Part shown: one piece after another, positions 16,550 to 28,948 of the stretch
Layout of the letters: each line of letters starts with the position of its first letter
How positions within the stretch are numbered: position 1 is the stretch's first letter
Assembly (NCBI GenBank): GCA_002269645.1
Contig: NIVC01004898.1
Coordinates: forward strand, 1-32,039
Reading direction: 5' to 3'
Origin: Macrostomum lignano
Taxonomy: Eukaryota
DNA length: 32,039 nt
Translations under genes and position numbers: made by a program
Notes under the pieces: model-generated
Told to the model about the DNA's origin: nothing
The model's database searches: none
Seen by the model: the letters and a program-made list of their open reading frames with translations, nothing else

Positions 16550-16760
16550 GTCACCAACGCGGCAACGTGGCCTAGTTCGTCCAAGATTAGTTTGCGCCGT
16601 CTACTACGAAGACGGCGACTCCAACTGGCTGGCCGCATCAGCGCCGAGTCGCACTGCCCACACGAGGTGCTGCTGCTGACGCTGCAGACACGACAGGCGC
16701 GCACTCGGCGTTTCGTCGACAGCCTGCTGAACAAATGTGACGCCGCTCTCTTTAGATGGG
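16550..16760 (+). mobile_element. Degenerate 3' fragment of a non-LTR (RTE/L2-like) retrotransposon ORF
   Basis: VTNAA...RRRRLQLAGRI...VLLLTLQ...RTRRFVDSLL matches the LINE RT C-terminal pattern RRL.LAGH...LLW...R.R..Y.D.L. Confidence 0.55.
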
Positions 16761-16917
16761 TTTTTCACACACTGATCATGTCCTTGACTGCCACTCTCCC
16801 TGGCTGTCACATGTACATGCATCTGATAGCTGTCCTTGCATTTTAGAAACTAAATCGTTTCCAAGACTTTAGAAACGTTTTTTTGTACAAATTTTGCATT
16901 AGGAGAGCATGCACTGG

Positions 16918-17144
16918 GGGTGTTTCTCGAAACTCACGTAAGTTTTATGGTAAGTTAGATCGTAAGAAAGAAATTTACGTGTAGCGTAAGTTTGCTCGTA
17001 AGACGCTTTCTCAAAACTCACTTATACTTTGCGTGGCTTATGCTGTTCGTAAGTCGTATCTGAAACGAAAAGTTGCATGTCTATGGTCATAAATCTGTAA
17101 ATATCTTTACTTAGTCTATCGTAAGTTGCTTTCGAGAAAGACCC
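16918..17144. mobile_element. MITE-like element with 15-bp terminal inverted repeats
   Basis: GGGTGTTTCTCGAAA ... TTTCGAGAAAGACCC (1 mismatch); internal CGTAAG motifs. No clear TSD. Confidence 0.45.
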
Positions 17145-20100
17145 ACCTTCGATAAAGTTTAACTTGACTTGGCTTGACTAAAGCTTCACGCAAGGACGAC
17201 TTAAGTAGAAGGACGGGAAACCTCGTTTCTTAGAAAATTTTTGAAGACACTTTTTTCCCGAAAAAATACACTGCGGAGATAGGAAATTTTCATTTTTTCA
17301 GCACAAAAATTGCTATAACTTTTGATAGGAGGCAGCTCCAGTGTTCATCTTTTGATATGTTGTGCCTTTTTTATTGCTCTATCGATATTTATAAGCTTTC
17401 CGTTCAGAAAATTAGGATTCAGAAAAACAGCACCGTAACAACTTGGTGATTTGAAGAGATCAACGCCCCTACGATACTGCGTTCAAGTAAATGTTTTAAT
17501 ATATACCCGGTAATTATACGTTGCCAATTTAGACTACACAGAGAGAAGTACATGTTAGACTAATAAATATTTAAATCGTAAAATCTCCTCTATAGCCCGA
17601 AATTGTGGACATACGCTCGTAAAAGAAACAGCAGCATAAAAGAGACGTATGTGCACAGCGTGTACAGAACGGCGTGTGGCAGTGTCTAACTGACAAAAAC
17701 AAATACAGCATATAGCTCGTACTTTTGTTAATCTCTGGCTCACTAGATCGGGGTGGATAATTTTCAATGTCCGTGGGTGAAGCAGTAATTTTGGTGAGGC
17801 CGGGGTGAGCCTTAGCCATAAGTGGCAAGATCCCTAGGATCCCCGAATTCCTGGAGTGTCTCACTGGCAAGGCACACTATTTCTGGGGCTCAAGCTGCTG
17901 CAACCGTCAAAAACAGCAAGAGGCCTGATCAGGTGGTCGTTTGCCAGCTCCTTCACGGGTTAAGTTCACCTAGCGCAATAATGGCAGCTCAAAGCAGCAC
18001 AGAGAGCGCGGTACTCTTCCTTAAATACGGGCAGCTCACCAGCGATACAAAATCGTCGGCAAGAAGTCTCAGGCCGCACCACAACCCTCCGAGCCGAGTA
18101 CGCCTTCGGTGACAATCTCATCAGAGACCTTGTTTACGTCAGAATCGAATCATACTATAGCTTATCAAATCTTATCTGGAATTGTGTTCGACTTTGTTAC
18201 TCATTCTCTTGTACCGTACCTGTGACTATTGGATAAGTTTTGGTTGGACTCGCCGGTGATAGGCAAATAGGAATCAACCGTTTTAAAACATCCGAATCGC
18301 TCCAGTATTTGTCTTGGGCGTGACTATTTGGCCGTATATACATGTATATTACACCGTGGAACTGGATTGTGCGAAAGTTTCAAAAAAGGACGCTTGAGCT
18401 TTTTACAATGTTAATGCTCTCACACTCTTACTGCTCATAAATCACAGCCATCCTCGATTCCAATAAACAGAAAAGTAGCATTAATTAAGCTTTTTGAGCA
18501 ATATTTTAAAGCTCCAACTTCCCGGCGATTCCTACTTGTATATGTGCTGCATAACAAAGTCTTCTTTAAATATTCAAGAAAGTTTTTCTCAAGTTTTTCG
18601 TTAAGATAATCAACACATGTTTAAAAAACAAACAATAGTTTAATTAAGTTGTTTTGAAATGTTTTTCACAATTTCAATTTTCTATTTTCAATGAAACGAG
18701 ACTTTTAGAAAGCAGTTAATCTTTCAGAAAAAACAGGATTGATTGTGACTATGTTAGTGATTACACTGTGTGTTACATTTCCATTTCATAAAATAGTTGA
18801 ATCTAATCAATTAAATTTATCTCGTGGTTGCTAGATTCCCTTTTACAGACTAATCGGACTTAGAGAAAGTTTCTAATCACTATTTGATTGTTTTAAAACG
18901 TTTCTAGTGACTGTCTGGTATAATGTCGTATTCACAGCTGAGCCAGGATGTTACTGAACGTTATTCAAATGTCTCCAATTTTTTTCGCAGTGGTCACATA
19001 GAAGACATTGACAAAATTGGTAAGCAGGAAAGCTAGAAGCTTTAAAGTATTGCTATTTTCATCAATAAATTTTAACAACAAATAAATATAGTCTAGACTC
19101 AACAAATATTTTTGCAATAATTAATTTTTGATAGTATTTGACTGGTTTATTTAGCAGTTAATTTGTCAATAATAAAATTTAAAATGATAATATAAATCCA
19201 AAGCTATGCTATAGCTATGGTTTATATTTTGTCAGTTGTTATTGTTATAGCAAAAAAAAGTATTGAAAGAATATAGTTATAAAAATCTATAAAAATGTTG
19301 TTTCAATGAATGTTTTTCATTGATATATTTTCAAAAATTTTTTTAATACATATGTTTGACAAACTAGTCATATGCATATCTTTAAAAAAGTTATTTCAAA
19401 AGTTCATAACTATTAGTATACTTCATCATTTATAGTATACTTATATTTTTTAAGCAGAAAATTTTCTCTGCTTTCACATATTGTGATTTTTTTCCTTTCA
19501 TATATAATTTTATCTTTTTATTTATAGAAAAAAACAACACATTCATTTTTCATCTTATCCATTTTTTGGCTTATAGTATAACCATTTTTGCTTATAGTAT
19601 TGTTATTATAGTAACTTTATATAAAAATTCACAATGGTTATTTTTATAGTCAACACCTAAAATATATATATATATACTTGTGGTGTCAATCATAAGACTC
19701 TAAGAGACTATAAATATAGTAATAAGAGATATCAAAACTTGTTTTTAATGCATTGATACTAAGTTAACTTTCTTGTCATCAACCATAGCTTATAACTAAA
19801 TGCTTAGTATAATGAAATTTTCCTAATAAATATAAAAAAGCCATTCAGCTTTTTTTATTTAGTGACTATAAAAATAACAATTTTGATATTTATATAGTTT
19901 TGTTAAGTTAATCACTTCAGCTCAGATAGTATTCATTGTGTTAACCATAAAAATAGCAATTTCACTATTTACATGGTCACCGTAACAATAACAAAAATCT
20001 TATATTTTATTGGGATTTAATATTTTGTAAGATTTAGAAGCAGTTTTTTTCTTTAAGCTTAAAACAATCAGGGTCAAATAAAATAATTTTAGTATGCTAA

Positions 20101-20302
20101 AGTAGGCATATTTTAGGCATATTTTAAATGCCTTTAAACAAAGAACCTATTATGGTGTTATAATTGATATTTTTTGAATATTTATTATTAATATTACTAA
20201 AAATTATCTATCTGTAAATCAACTAATATATAAACAGTGGTTTGTATAGCAATTATATTCAGCACTTTTTCTGCTCACTTCTATCCATTTTATTATACAG
20301 GT

Positions 20303-23300
20303 ATGTATGCAGCCACTAGTCAGCTACAGCAAAGGGCCAATGAGGTTCGGGCTAACAGGGTGAATTGGCAATCATATTTGCAGTAAGTGAATTTCTATGA
20401 CTTTGTTTTTTGTATGGTTTATTAATTCTCTTTTAACATATTGGGAGCAAGAAAGTTTTAATTATATAGGAGTAATTGCAATAGGGACTCATCTTATTAG
20501 TAGTTTAGTTGATATTTAGACATTTTTTTATTAATGAAAAAGACAATGAGATGTAGATCTAAGGTAGAGAGAGATAAAGGGTAAATTAATCAGATTCAGT
20601 TAGATGAAGGGAGAGTCAATGAGATGCAGGGAGAGTCAATGAGATGCAGGGAGAGTCAATGAGATGCAGGGAGAGTCAATGAGATGCAAGGAGAGTCAAT
20701 GAGATGCAGGGAGAGTCAATGAGATTCAGGGAGAGTCAATGAGATGCAAGGAGAGTCAATGAGATGCAGGGAGAGTCAATGAGATGCAAGGAGAGTCAAT
20801 GAGATGCAGGGAGAGTCAATGAGATGCAGGGAGAGTCAATGAGATGCAGGGAGAGTCAATGAGATGCAGGGAGAGTCAATGAGATGCAGGGAGAGTCAAT
20901 GAGATGCAAGGAGAGTCAATGAGATGCAAGGAGAGTCAATGAGATGCAGGGAGAGTCAATGAGATGCAAAGAGAGTCAATGAGATGCAAAGAGAGTCAAT
21001 GAGATGCAGGGAGAGTCAATGAGATGCAGGGAGAGTCAATGAGATGCAAGGAGAGTCAATGAGATGCAGGGAGAGTCAATGAGATGCAGGGAGAGTCAAT
21101 GAGATGCAGGGAGAGTCAATGAGATGCAGGGAGAGTCAATGAGATGCAGGGAGTGAATGAGATGCAGGGAGAGTCAATGAGATGCAGGGAGAGTCAATGA
21201 GATGCAAGGAGAGTCAATGAGATGCAAGGAGAGTCAATGAGATGCAGGGAGAGTCAATGAGATGCAAGGAGAGTCAATGAGATGCAGGGAGAGTCAATGA
21301 GATGCAGGGAGAGTCAATGAGATGCAAGGAGAGTCAATGAGATGCAGGGAGAGTCAATGAGATGCAGGGAGAGTCAATGAGATGCAGGGAGAGTCAATGA
21401 GATGCAGGGAGAGTCAATGAGATGCAAGGAGAGTCAATGAGATGCAAGGAGAGTCAATGAGATGCAAGGAGAGTCAATGAGATGCAAGGAGAGTCAATGA
21501 GATGCAGGGAGAGTCAATGAGATGCAGGGAGAGTCAATGAGATGCAAGGAGAGTCAATGAGATGCAGGGAGAGTCAATGAGATGCAGGGAGAGTCAATGA
21601 GATGCAGGGAGAGTCAATGAGATGCAGGGAGAGTCAATGAGATGCAAGGAGAGTCAATGAGATGCAGGGAGAGTCAATGAGATGCAGGCAGAGTCAATGA
21701 GATGCAGGGAGAGTCAATGAGATGCAGGGAGAGTCAATGAGATGCAAGGAGAGTCAATGAGATGCAGGGAGAGTCAATGAGATGCAGGGAGACACAGCCA
21801 GAGTAACTCAACCCCACATGCGCAGAGGCCAAATGATAGACCAGGCTGACTATGACTTCATCGTGAAGCTGGAGTCCCGGGCCAGTCAACCGGAGCAGCG
21901 CAAGGCTCTGATAGACGAGAATTCCAGTCAGTTTGTTCGAACGATACTCGCCCTGCTGGCTAGAATCTCCAAGGAGCAGACTGTGCAGTACATCCTAACT
22001 CTGCTCGATGACCTGCTGCAGGAGGAAAAGCAACGCGTCGAGCTGTTCAAAGCTTATTCCCAGCGACGCAGAGAGAGCGTATGGGCGCCGTTCTTTGGTA
22101 TGCTGCACAGGCAGGATGGCTTCATTGTCAATCAGGCATCGAGAATCATCGCCAAAATTGCCTGCTGGGGTAACCAGCTGATGGAGCACACTGAGCTGCT
22201 GCATTACCTGTCCTGGCTCAGGGAGCAGCTGCGACTGCCTGTAGGATTTTTAATTGTCTTCTCCGATGCTGTGTCTTCCCTATGATCCCAGTGTCTTCCT
22301 TATGATCCCAGAGTCTTCCTTATGATCCCAGTGTCTTCCTTATGATCCCAGTGTCTTCCTTATGATCCCAGAGTCTTCCTGGTGATCCCAGTGTCTTCCT
22401 TATGATCCCAGTGTCTTCCTTATGATCCCAGTGTCTTCCTTATGAACCCAGTGTCTTCCTTATGATCCCAGTGTCTTCCTTATGATCCCAGAGTCTTCCT
22501 TATGATCCCAGTGTCTTCCTTATGATCCCAGTGTCTTCCTTATGATCCCAGTGTCTTCCTTATGATCCCAGAGTCTTCCTGGTGATCCCAGTGTCTTCCT
22601 TATGATCCCAGTGTCTTCCTTATGATCCCAGTGTCTTCCTTATGAACCCAGTGTCTTCCTTATGATCCCAGTGTCTTCCTTATGATCCCAGAGTCTTCTT
22701 ATGATCCCAGTGTCTTCCTTATGATCCCAGTGTCTTCCTTATGATCCCAATGTTCCCTGTGATCTCAGTGTCTTCCTTATGATCCCAGAGTCTTCCTTAT
22801 GATCCCAGTGTCTTCCTTATGATCCCAGTGTCTTCTTATGATCCCAGTGTCTTCCTTATGATCCCAGTGTCTTCCTTATGATCCCAGTGTCTTCCTTATG
22901 ATCCCAGTGTCTTCCTTAAGATCAGTGTCTTCCTTATGATCCCAGTGTCTTCCTTATGATCCCAGAGTCTTCCCTATGATCCCAGTGTCTTCCTTATGAT
23001 CCCAGTCTTCCCACGATCCCGGTGTCTTCCCTATGATCCCAGTGTCTTCCCTATGATCCCAGTCTTCCCCACGATCCCGGTGTCTTCCCCATGATCCCAG
23101 AGTCTTCCCCGTGATCCCAGTGTCTTTCACACGAGCATCATGAAGCCCATATGCAATCCATATTATTCCAATGTCTCCCTGGCCTCACAGTGCTCTCTCT
23201 TGCTAACAACACCTTGCCGCTTTGAAATCCCCTCCGTAGTCGAACGAGTACATCCAAACAGTGGCCCGCTGCCTGCAAATGATGCTCAGAGTTGGGCCCT

Positions 23301-26300
23301 ACAGACAGGCATTCTGCGACATTGACGGCATTGCCACCTTGGCCAGCGTTCTGTCAACTAAGGTCAACTATCAGATCCAGTACCAGCTGGTGTTCTGCCT
23401 GTGGTGCCTCAGCTTCGATGCTGATATTGTTATGCGAATGAAGAAGTGAGTTTTATTTATTCTGCAGTTTGCGGAAGAGTAGCGTTAGTTCTATTGGCGC
23501 TAAAGTCACGTATACGCTAAACTTGGCGCCACGATCTGTGTCTGCCAGTGGCACCGAATTTCGTGTGTGGATGGCGCCAAATTCAGTATGATAACGGCGC
23601 CAAATTTAGTATGTTGATGGCACCAGATTCAGTATGATAACGGCGCCAAATTCAGTATGTTGATGGCGCCAAATTCAGTATGATAACGGCGCCAAATTTA
23701 GTATGTTGATGGCACCAGATTCAGTATGATAATAACGGCGCCAAATTCGTTATGTTGACGGCGCCAAATTCAGTATGATAACGGCGCCAAATTCAGTATG
23801 TTGATGGCGCCAAATTCAGTATTTTGATTGCGCCAAATTCGATATGTCAGTGGCGCCAAATTCAGTGTTTTGATTGCGCCAAATTCGATATGTCAGTGGC
23901 GCCAAATTCAGTATTTTGATTGAGCCAAATTCGATATGTCAGTGGCGCCAAATTCAGTATTTTGATTGCGCCAAATTCGATGTCAGTGGCGCCAAATTCA
24001 GTATGTTGATGGCGCCAAATTCAGTATGTTGATGGCGCCAAATTCAGTATGTTGATGGCGCCAAATTCGGTATGATAATTTTTACATTGATAAGACGATA
24101 ATTCGTCTATATCAACGTTTCCAGTATATTTTAGTTAAAATATAAACAAAATGAATAAATATTCCTGCCGCCTACTGTTAGTAGCTGATAGCTCTCGTAT
24201 ATCAAGAGTAGCCGCTCTCTCTCCCGCGCAGGTACAATCTGATCCCAATCTGCGCGGACGTTCTGTGCGAATCCGAGAAAGAGAAAGTTAATCGCATTGT
24301 GTGCGCCTTCTTTCGGCACCTGCTTGAGAAGCCAACTGACTCAATGATGGTTAGGGAGAGCGCGCTGTCCATGGTGCACTGCAAAGTGCTTAAACAGGTG
24401 CGAATGAGTATGATTTATTGCTTATCAACTGGGTGCTGGCATGTCAATTTTTTGCTAGAAAGTTACCCTCCATCCTGTAAGCTGTCAGTTCAGACTGTCA
24501 CCCTCCATCCTGTAAGCTGTCAGTTCAGACTGTCACCCTCCATCCTGTAAGCTGTCAGTTCAGACTGTCACCCTCCATCCTGTCATCTGTCAGTTCAGAC
24601 TGTCACCCTCCATCCTGTCATCTGTCAATTCAGACTGTCACCCTCCATCCTGTCATCTGTCAGTTCAGACTGTCACCCTCCATCCTGAAAGCTGTCAGTT
24701 CAGACTGTCACCCTCCATCCTGAAAGCTGTCAGTTCAGACTGTCACCCTCCATCCTGTAAGCTGTCAGTTCAGACTGTCACCCTCCATCCTGAAAGCTGT
24801 CAGTTCAGACTGTCACCCTCCATCCTGTAAGCTGTCAGTTCAGACTGTCACCCTCCATCCTATCCGCTGTCAGTTCAGGCTGTCACCCTCCATCCTATCA
24901 GCTGTCAGTTCAGGCTGTCACCCTCCATCCTATCAGCTGTCAGTTCAGGCTGTCACCCTCCATCCTGTAAGCTGTCAGTTCAGGCTGTCACCCTCCATCC
25001 TGTAAGCTGTCAGTTCAGGCTGTCACCCTCCATCCTGTAAGCTGTCAGTTCAGACTGTCACCCTCCATCCTGTAAGCTGTCAGTTCAGACTGTCACCCTC
25101 CATTATGTAAGCTGTCAGTTCAGACTGTCACCCTCCTTTCTGTAAGCTGTCAGTTCAGACTGTCACCCTCCATCCTGTAAGCTGTCAGTTCAGACTGTCA
25201 CCCTCCATCCTGTAAGCTGTCAGTTCAGACTGTAACCCTGCTCCCTGCTCACTCACCCGCCTCCAGGTGGAGCTGCTTGTGCAGAAAAAATACGACGATC
25301 CTGAGCACGAAGACGATTTACAGTTCCTGTTCGAACGACTGAGCACTTCAATCCAAGATCTGAGCTCATTCGACGAATACGCCAGCGAATTGAAGGCGGG
25401 CCGACTCGAGTGGAGTCCGGTGCACAAGTCCGAGCGCTTCTGGCACGAGAATGCCACCAAGCTTAACGAGCGAAACTATGAACTGCTGAAGATCCTGGTT
25501 CGCCTGTTGGAGACTAGCAAAGACTCGCTCGTGCTCTGCGTTGCCGCTCACGATGTTGGAGAGTATGTTCGGCATTATCCCAGGGGAAAGACGTGAGTTA
25601 TTGTACGCTTATGCTTTAGACATCTCATGTTCCCATCTCAACATGAGAAATCCCACACTTCTAATCCCAAGATGAAAAATCTTAGACTTTAATCCCAACA
25701 TGAGAAATCCCAAAATAAGAAATCCATACTCTAATCCCAACACGAGAAATCCCAAACTCTAATCCCAACATGAGAAATCCCAAACTCTAATCCCAACATG
25801 AGAAATCCCACTCTAATCCCAACATGAGAAATCTCACACTTCTAATCCCAACATGAGAAATCCCAAGCTCTAATCCCAACATGAGAAATCTCACACTTCT
25901 AATCCCAGCATGAGAAATCCCATACTCTAATCCAAACATGAGAAATCCCAACTTCTAATCCCAACATGAAAACTTCCACATTCTAATCCCCACCTCGACA
26001 TGAGAGATCTCACACATTTATCTCTCGCTAATTAAATGCGGTTTCACACAACTGCGCAGGGTTATTGAGCAGCTGGGCGCTAAAGAGCTGGTGATGAGGA
26101 TGCTGACAAGCGACGATCCCAATGTTCGGTACAACGCTCTCATTGCTGTGCAGAAGATCATGGTGCACAACTGGTCTGTTTTGGCATCATTTTGTCCTTG
26201 CTTGGTATAATTATTTTCATTCTTTCAAGGCCGTTTATCTTGTAGGTGGAGCTGTTAGACTGTCACCCTCTTCTGACTTGCTGTAGATTAGACTGTCACC

Positions 26301-27101
26301 ATACTCTGACCTGCTGTAGATTAGACTGTCACCCTCTTCTGACCTGCTGTAGATTAGACTGTCACCATACTCTGACCTGCTGTAGATTGGACTGTCACCC
26401 TCTTCTGACTTGCTGTAGATTAGACTGTCACCCTCTTCTGACCTGCTGTAGATTAGACTGTCACCCTCTTCTGACCTGCTGTAGATTAGACTGTCACCAT
26501 ACTCTGACCTGCTGTAGATTAGACTGTCACCATACTCTGACCTGCTGTAGATTGGACTGTCACCCTCTTCTGACTTGCTGTAGGTTAGACTGTCACCCTC
26601 TTCCGACTTGCTGTAAGTTAGACTGTCACCCTCTTCTGACCTGCTGTAGGTTAGACTGTCACCCTCTTCCGACTTGCTGTAGGTTAGACTGTCACCCTCT
26701 TCTGACCTGCTGTAGGTTAGACTGTCACCCTCTTCCGACTTGCTGTAGGTTAGACTGTCACCCTCTTCCGACTTGCTGTAAGTTAGACTGTCACCCTCTT
26801 CTGACCTGCTGTAGGTTAGACTGTCACCCTCTTCCGACTTGCTGTAGGTTAGACTGTCACCCTCTTCTGACCTGCTGTAGGTTAGACTGTCACCCTCTTC
26901 CGACTTGCTGTAGGTTAGACTGTCACCCCACTCTGACCTGCTGTAGATTATAAATACAGAAACAGACGATCAACCTACATTTCATTTCACTACACGCGCA
27001 GGGAGTACCTTGGCAAGCAGATTGAGGACAAGGCCAAGGCTGAGACTGGCGGTGGCGGCAAATCGGGCGGATCGCAGAGCCAGCAGGCTGTGAAATCTTG
27101 A
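20303..27101 (+). CDS. ATP6V1H: V-type proton ATPase subunit H; coding exons 20303-20382, 21826-22240, 23240-23445, 24232-24397, 25267-25592, 26060-26173, 27002-27101
   Basis: Exons splice in frame at GT-AG sites: [107 protein letters not shown] small upstream exon (~18990-19019, ...EDIDKIG) may extend the N-terminus. Confidence 0.96.
20610..21790. repeat. Intronic minisatellite, 20 bp GAGATGCAGGGAGAGTCAAT
   Basis: Direct tandem copies in intron 1 of the V-ATPase H gene. Confidence 0.95.
22283..23125. repeat. Intronic minisatellite, 20 bp GATCCCAGTGTCTTCCTTAT
   Basis: Tandem copies in intron 2. Confidence 0.95.
23570..24075. repeat. Intronic minisatellite, ~22-23 bp GGCGCCAAATTCAGTATGTTGAT
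   Basis: Tandem copies in intron 3. Confidence 0.93.
24468..25232. repeat. Intronic minisatellite, 35 bp CTGTCACCCTCCATCCTGTAAGCTGTCAGTTCAGA
   Basis: Tandem copies in intron 4. Confidence 0.95.
25625..25990. repeat. Intronic minisatellite, ~28-30 bp CTCTAATCCCAACATGAGAAATCCCA
   Basis: Degenerate tandem copies in intron 5. Confidence 0.9.
26255..26950. repeat. Intronic minisatellite, 33 bp GACTGTCACCCTCTTCTGACCTGCTGTAGATTA
   Basis: Tandem copies in intron 6. Confidence 0.95.
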
Positions 27102-27419
27102 GTTGGAAAGTCGCAGCCGCAGCTCATTTTAATTACAATTGGATGACCTCAATAGTTATGCTGACGTAGTTCCACATTTGTCTAGTATTATAGATTCACT
27201 CTCTGTAGCTGCCGTTTTGGCTAGAAATTGATAAACCCGATCTGGTAGTGTAGGCTTTCTTCTGTGTTGTTAGTCTTCATGCGCAATTGAAATCATATAT
27301 TCAGCTGGGGATATTTGTCCCATTATATTATATTACGGTACATGCTTGCGCTCGTTTTACTTTAAGTAGTTGTCCTAGTCTTTTTCCTGTTTTTGGCTTC
27401 TTTTCAGCTGTTTCCGGTC

Positions 27420-27580
27420 CGTCTCTGTCTGTCTGTCTGTCTTAGTGTCTGTTTGTCTGTCTGTCTGTCTGTCTTAGTGTCTGTCTGTTTGTCTGTCTGT
27501 CTGCCTGCCTGTTTGTCTGTTTTTCTGTCTGTCTGTCCGTCTGTTTTTCTGTCTGTCTGTCTGCCTGTTTGTCTGTCTGC

Positions 27581-27611
<31 letters not shown>

Positions 27612-27633
27612 CCTGTTTGTCTGTCTGCCTGTT

Positions 27634-27665
<32 letters not shown>

Positions 27666-27668
27666 ATA

Positions 27669-27707
<39 letters not shown>

Positions 27708-27785
27708 TAGTGTCTGTCTGTCTGTCTGTCTGTCTTAGTGTCTGTCTGTCTGTCTGTCTGTCTTGGTGTCTGTCTGTCTGTCTGC
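27420..27785. repeat. (TGTC)n microsatellite
   Basis: Degenerate tetranucleotide run. Confidence 0.95.
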
Positions 27786-28349
27786 AGACATGCAACTCTT
27801 TAAGTTATCTCCAAATCCCATTTCTGTTTATTTTTGACAAACTACTAGCAGAAAAAAAATGATTTTACTTTTCCTCGTTGATATTTTATTTTATTCCACA
27901 GCAAATTTTCTTGCTTCGAGTTGGCTTTTTATGCAGAAATAAATCATATTTTCAATGATATTCCATTTTTTGTTGTCCTTGACTAGCACACCGTTTTCTC
28001 CATTCTCAAATACTTCAATGACTTTTTAAATTGTCGTGCGAGTCTTGGAGACAGACCACAGTTTTTAATTAACTCACAGAGCCTCAGTTTTCTCATTAGA
28101 ACTTTTTAAGCTTTGCACTCATTTTAGTTCCTACTTTATGCTTTTGACGTTGTGTGTACATTGATTGATAGCCTACTGTTGTAACTATTGATAATTACAT
28201 GACTATTCTCTAATTTGTTCCTTTATTAATTAATTGCATTCACATAAAAATTGCATAATATTTTACAGTAAATGGGTTCCAATTCTAACTCTAGTTTTAT
28301 TGTAGAATAAAATATATTTGCCTTATCCATTATCTTATCGTAAGAAATT

Positions 28350-28885
28350 GAGTGAGTCACGGGAATTAAGCATCACAGCTTGAGTGAGTCACGGGGATTA
28401 AACATCACATCTTAAGTGAGTCACGGGGATTAAGCATCAAAGGTTGAGTGAGTCACGGGGATTAAGCATCACAGGTTGAGTGAGTCACGGGGATTAAGCA
28501 TCAAAGGTTGAGTGAGTCACGGGGATTAAACATCAAAGGTTGAGTGAGTCACGGGGGTTAAGCATCAAAGGTTGAGTGAGTCACGGGGGTTAAGCATCAA
28601 AGGTTGGGTGAGTTACGGGGATTAAGCATCAAAGGTTGAGTGAGTCACGGGGGTTAAGCATCAAAGGTTGAGTGAGTCACGGGGATTAAGCATCAAAGCT
28701 TGAGTGAGTCACGGGGATTAAGCATCACAACTTCAGTGAGTCACGTGGATTAAACATCAGAGGTTGAGTGAGTCACGGGGATTAAGCATCAAAACTTGAG
28801 TGAGTCACGGGGATTAAGCATCACAGGTTGAGTGAGTCACGGGAATCAAGCATCACAGCTTGAGTGAGTCACGGCGATTAAACAT
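28350..28885. repeat. Minisatellite, 32 bp GAGTGAGTCACGGGGATTAAGCATCAAAGGTT
   Basis: About 16 tandem copies directly upstream of the WNK-like gene. Confidence 0.95.
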
Positions 28886-28948
28886 CAGAGGTTTAGTTCG
28901 TCTATCAAACTACGTGGCTATCAATCACTTCTCAACCTTGCTGGCAAT

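Noticed and set aside
17200-17460. Possible DNA-transposon remnant
   Set aside because: No TIR, TSD or coding evidence I can support.
26246-26953. Cys-rich 235-aa ORF ([11 protein letters not shown] repeats)
   Set aside because: It is a translation of the 33-bp intronic minisatellite within V-ATPase H intron 6.
27393-27862. ORFs of CLSV/TDRQ repeats
   Set aside because: They are artefacts of the (TGTC)n microsatellite.
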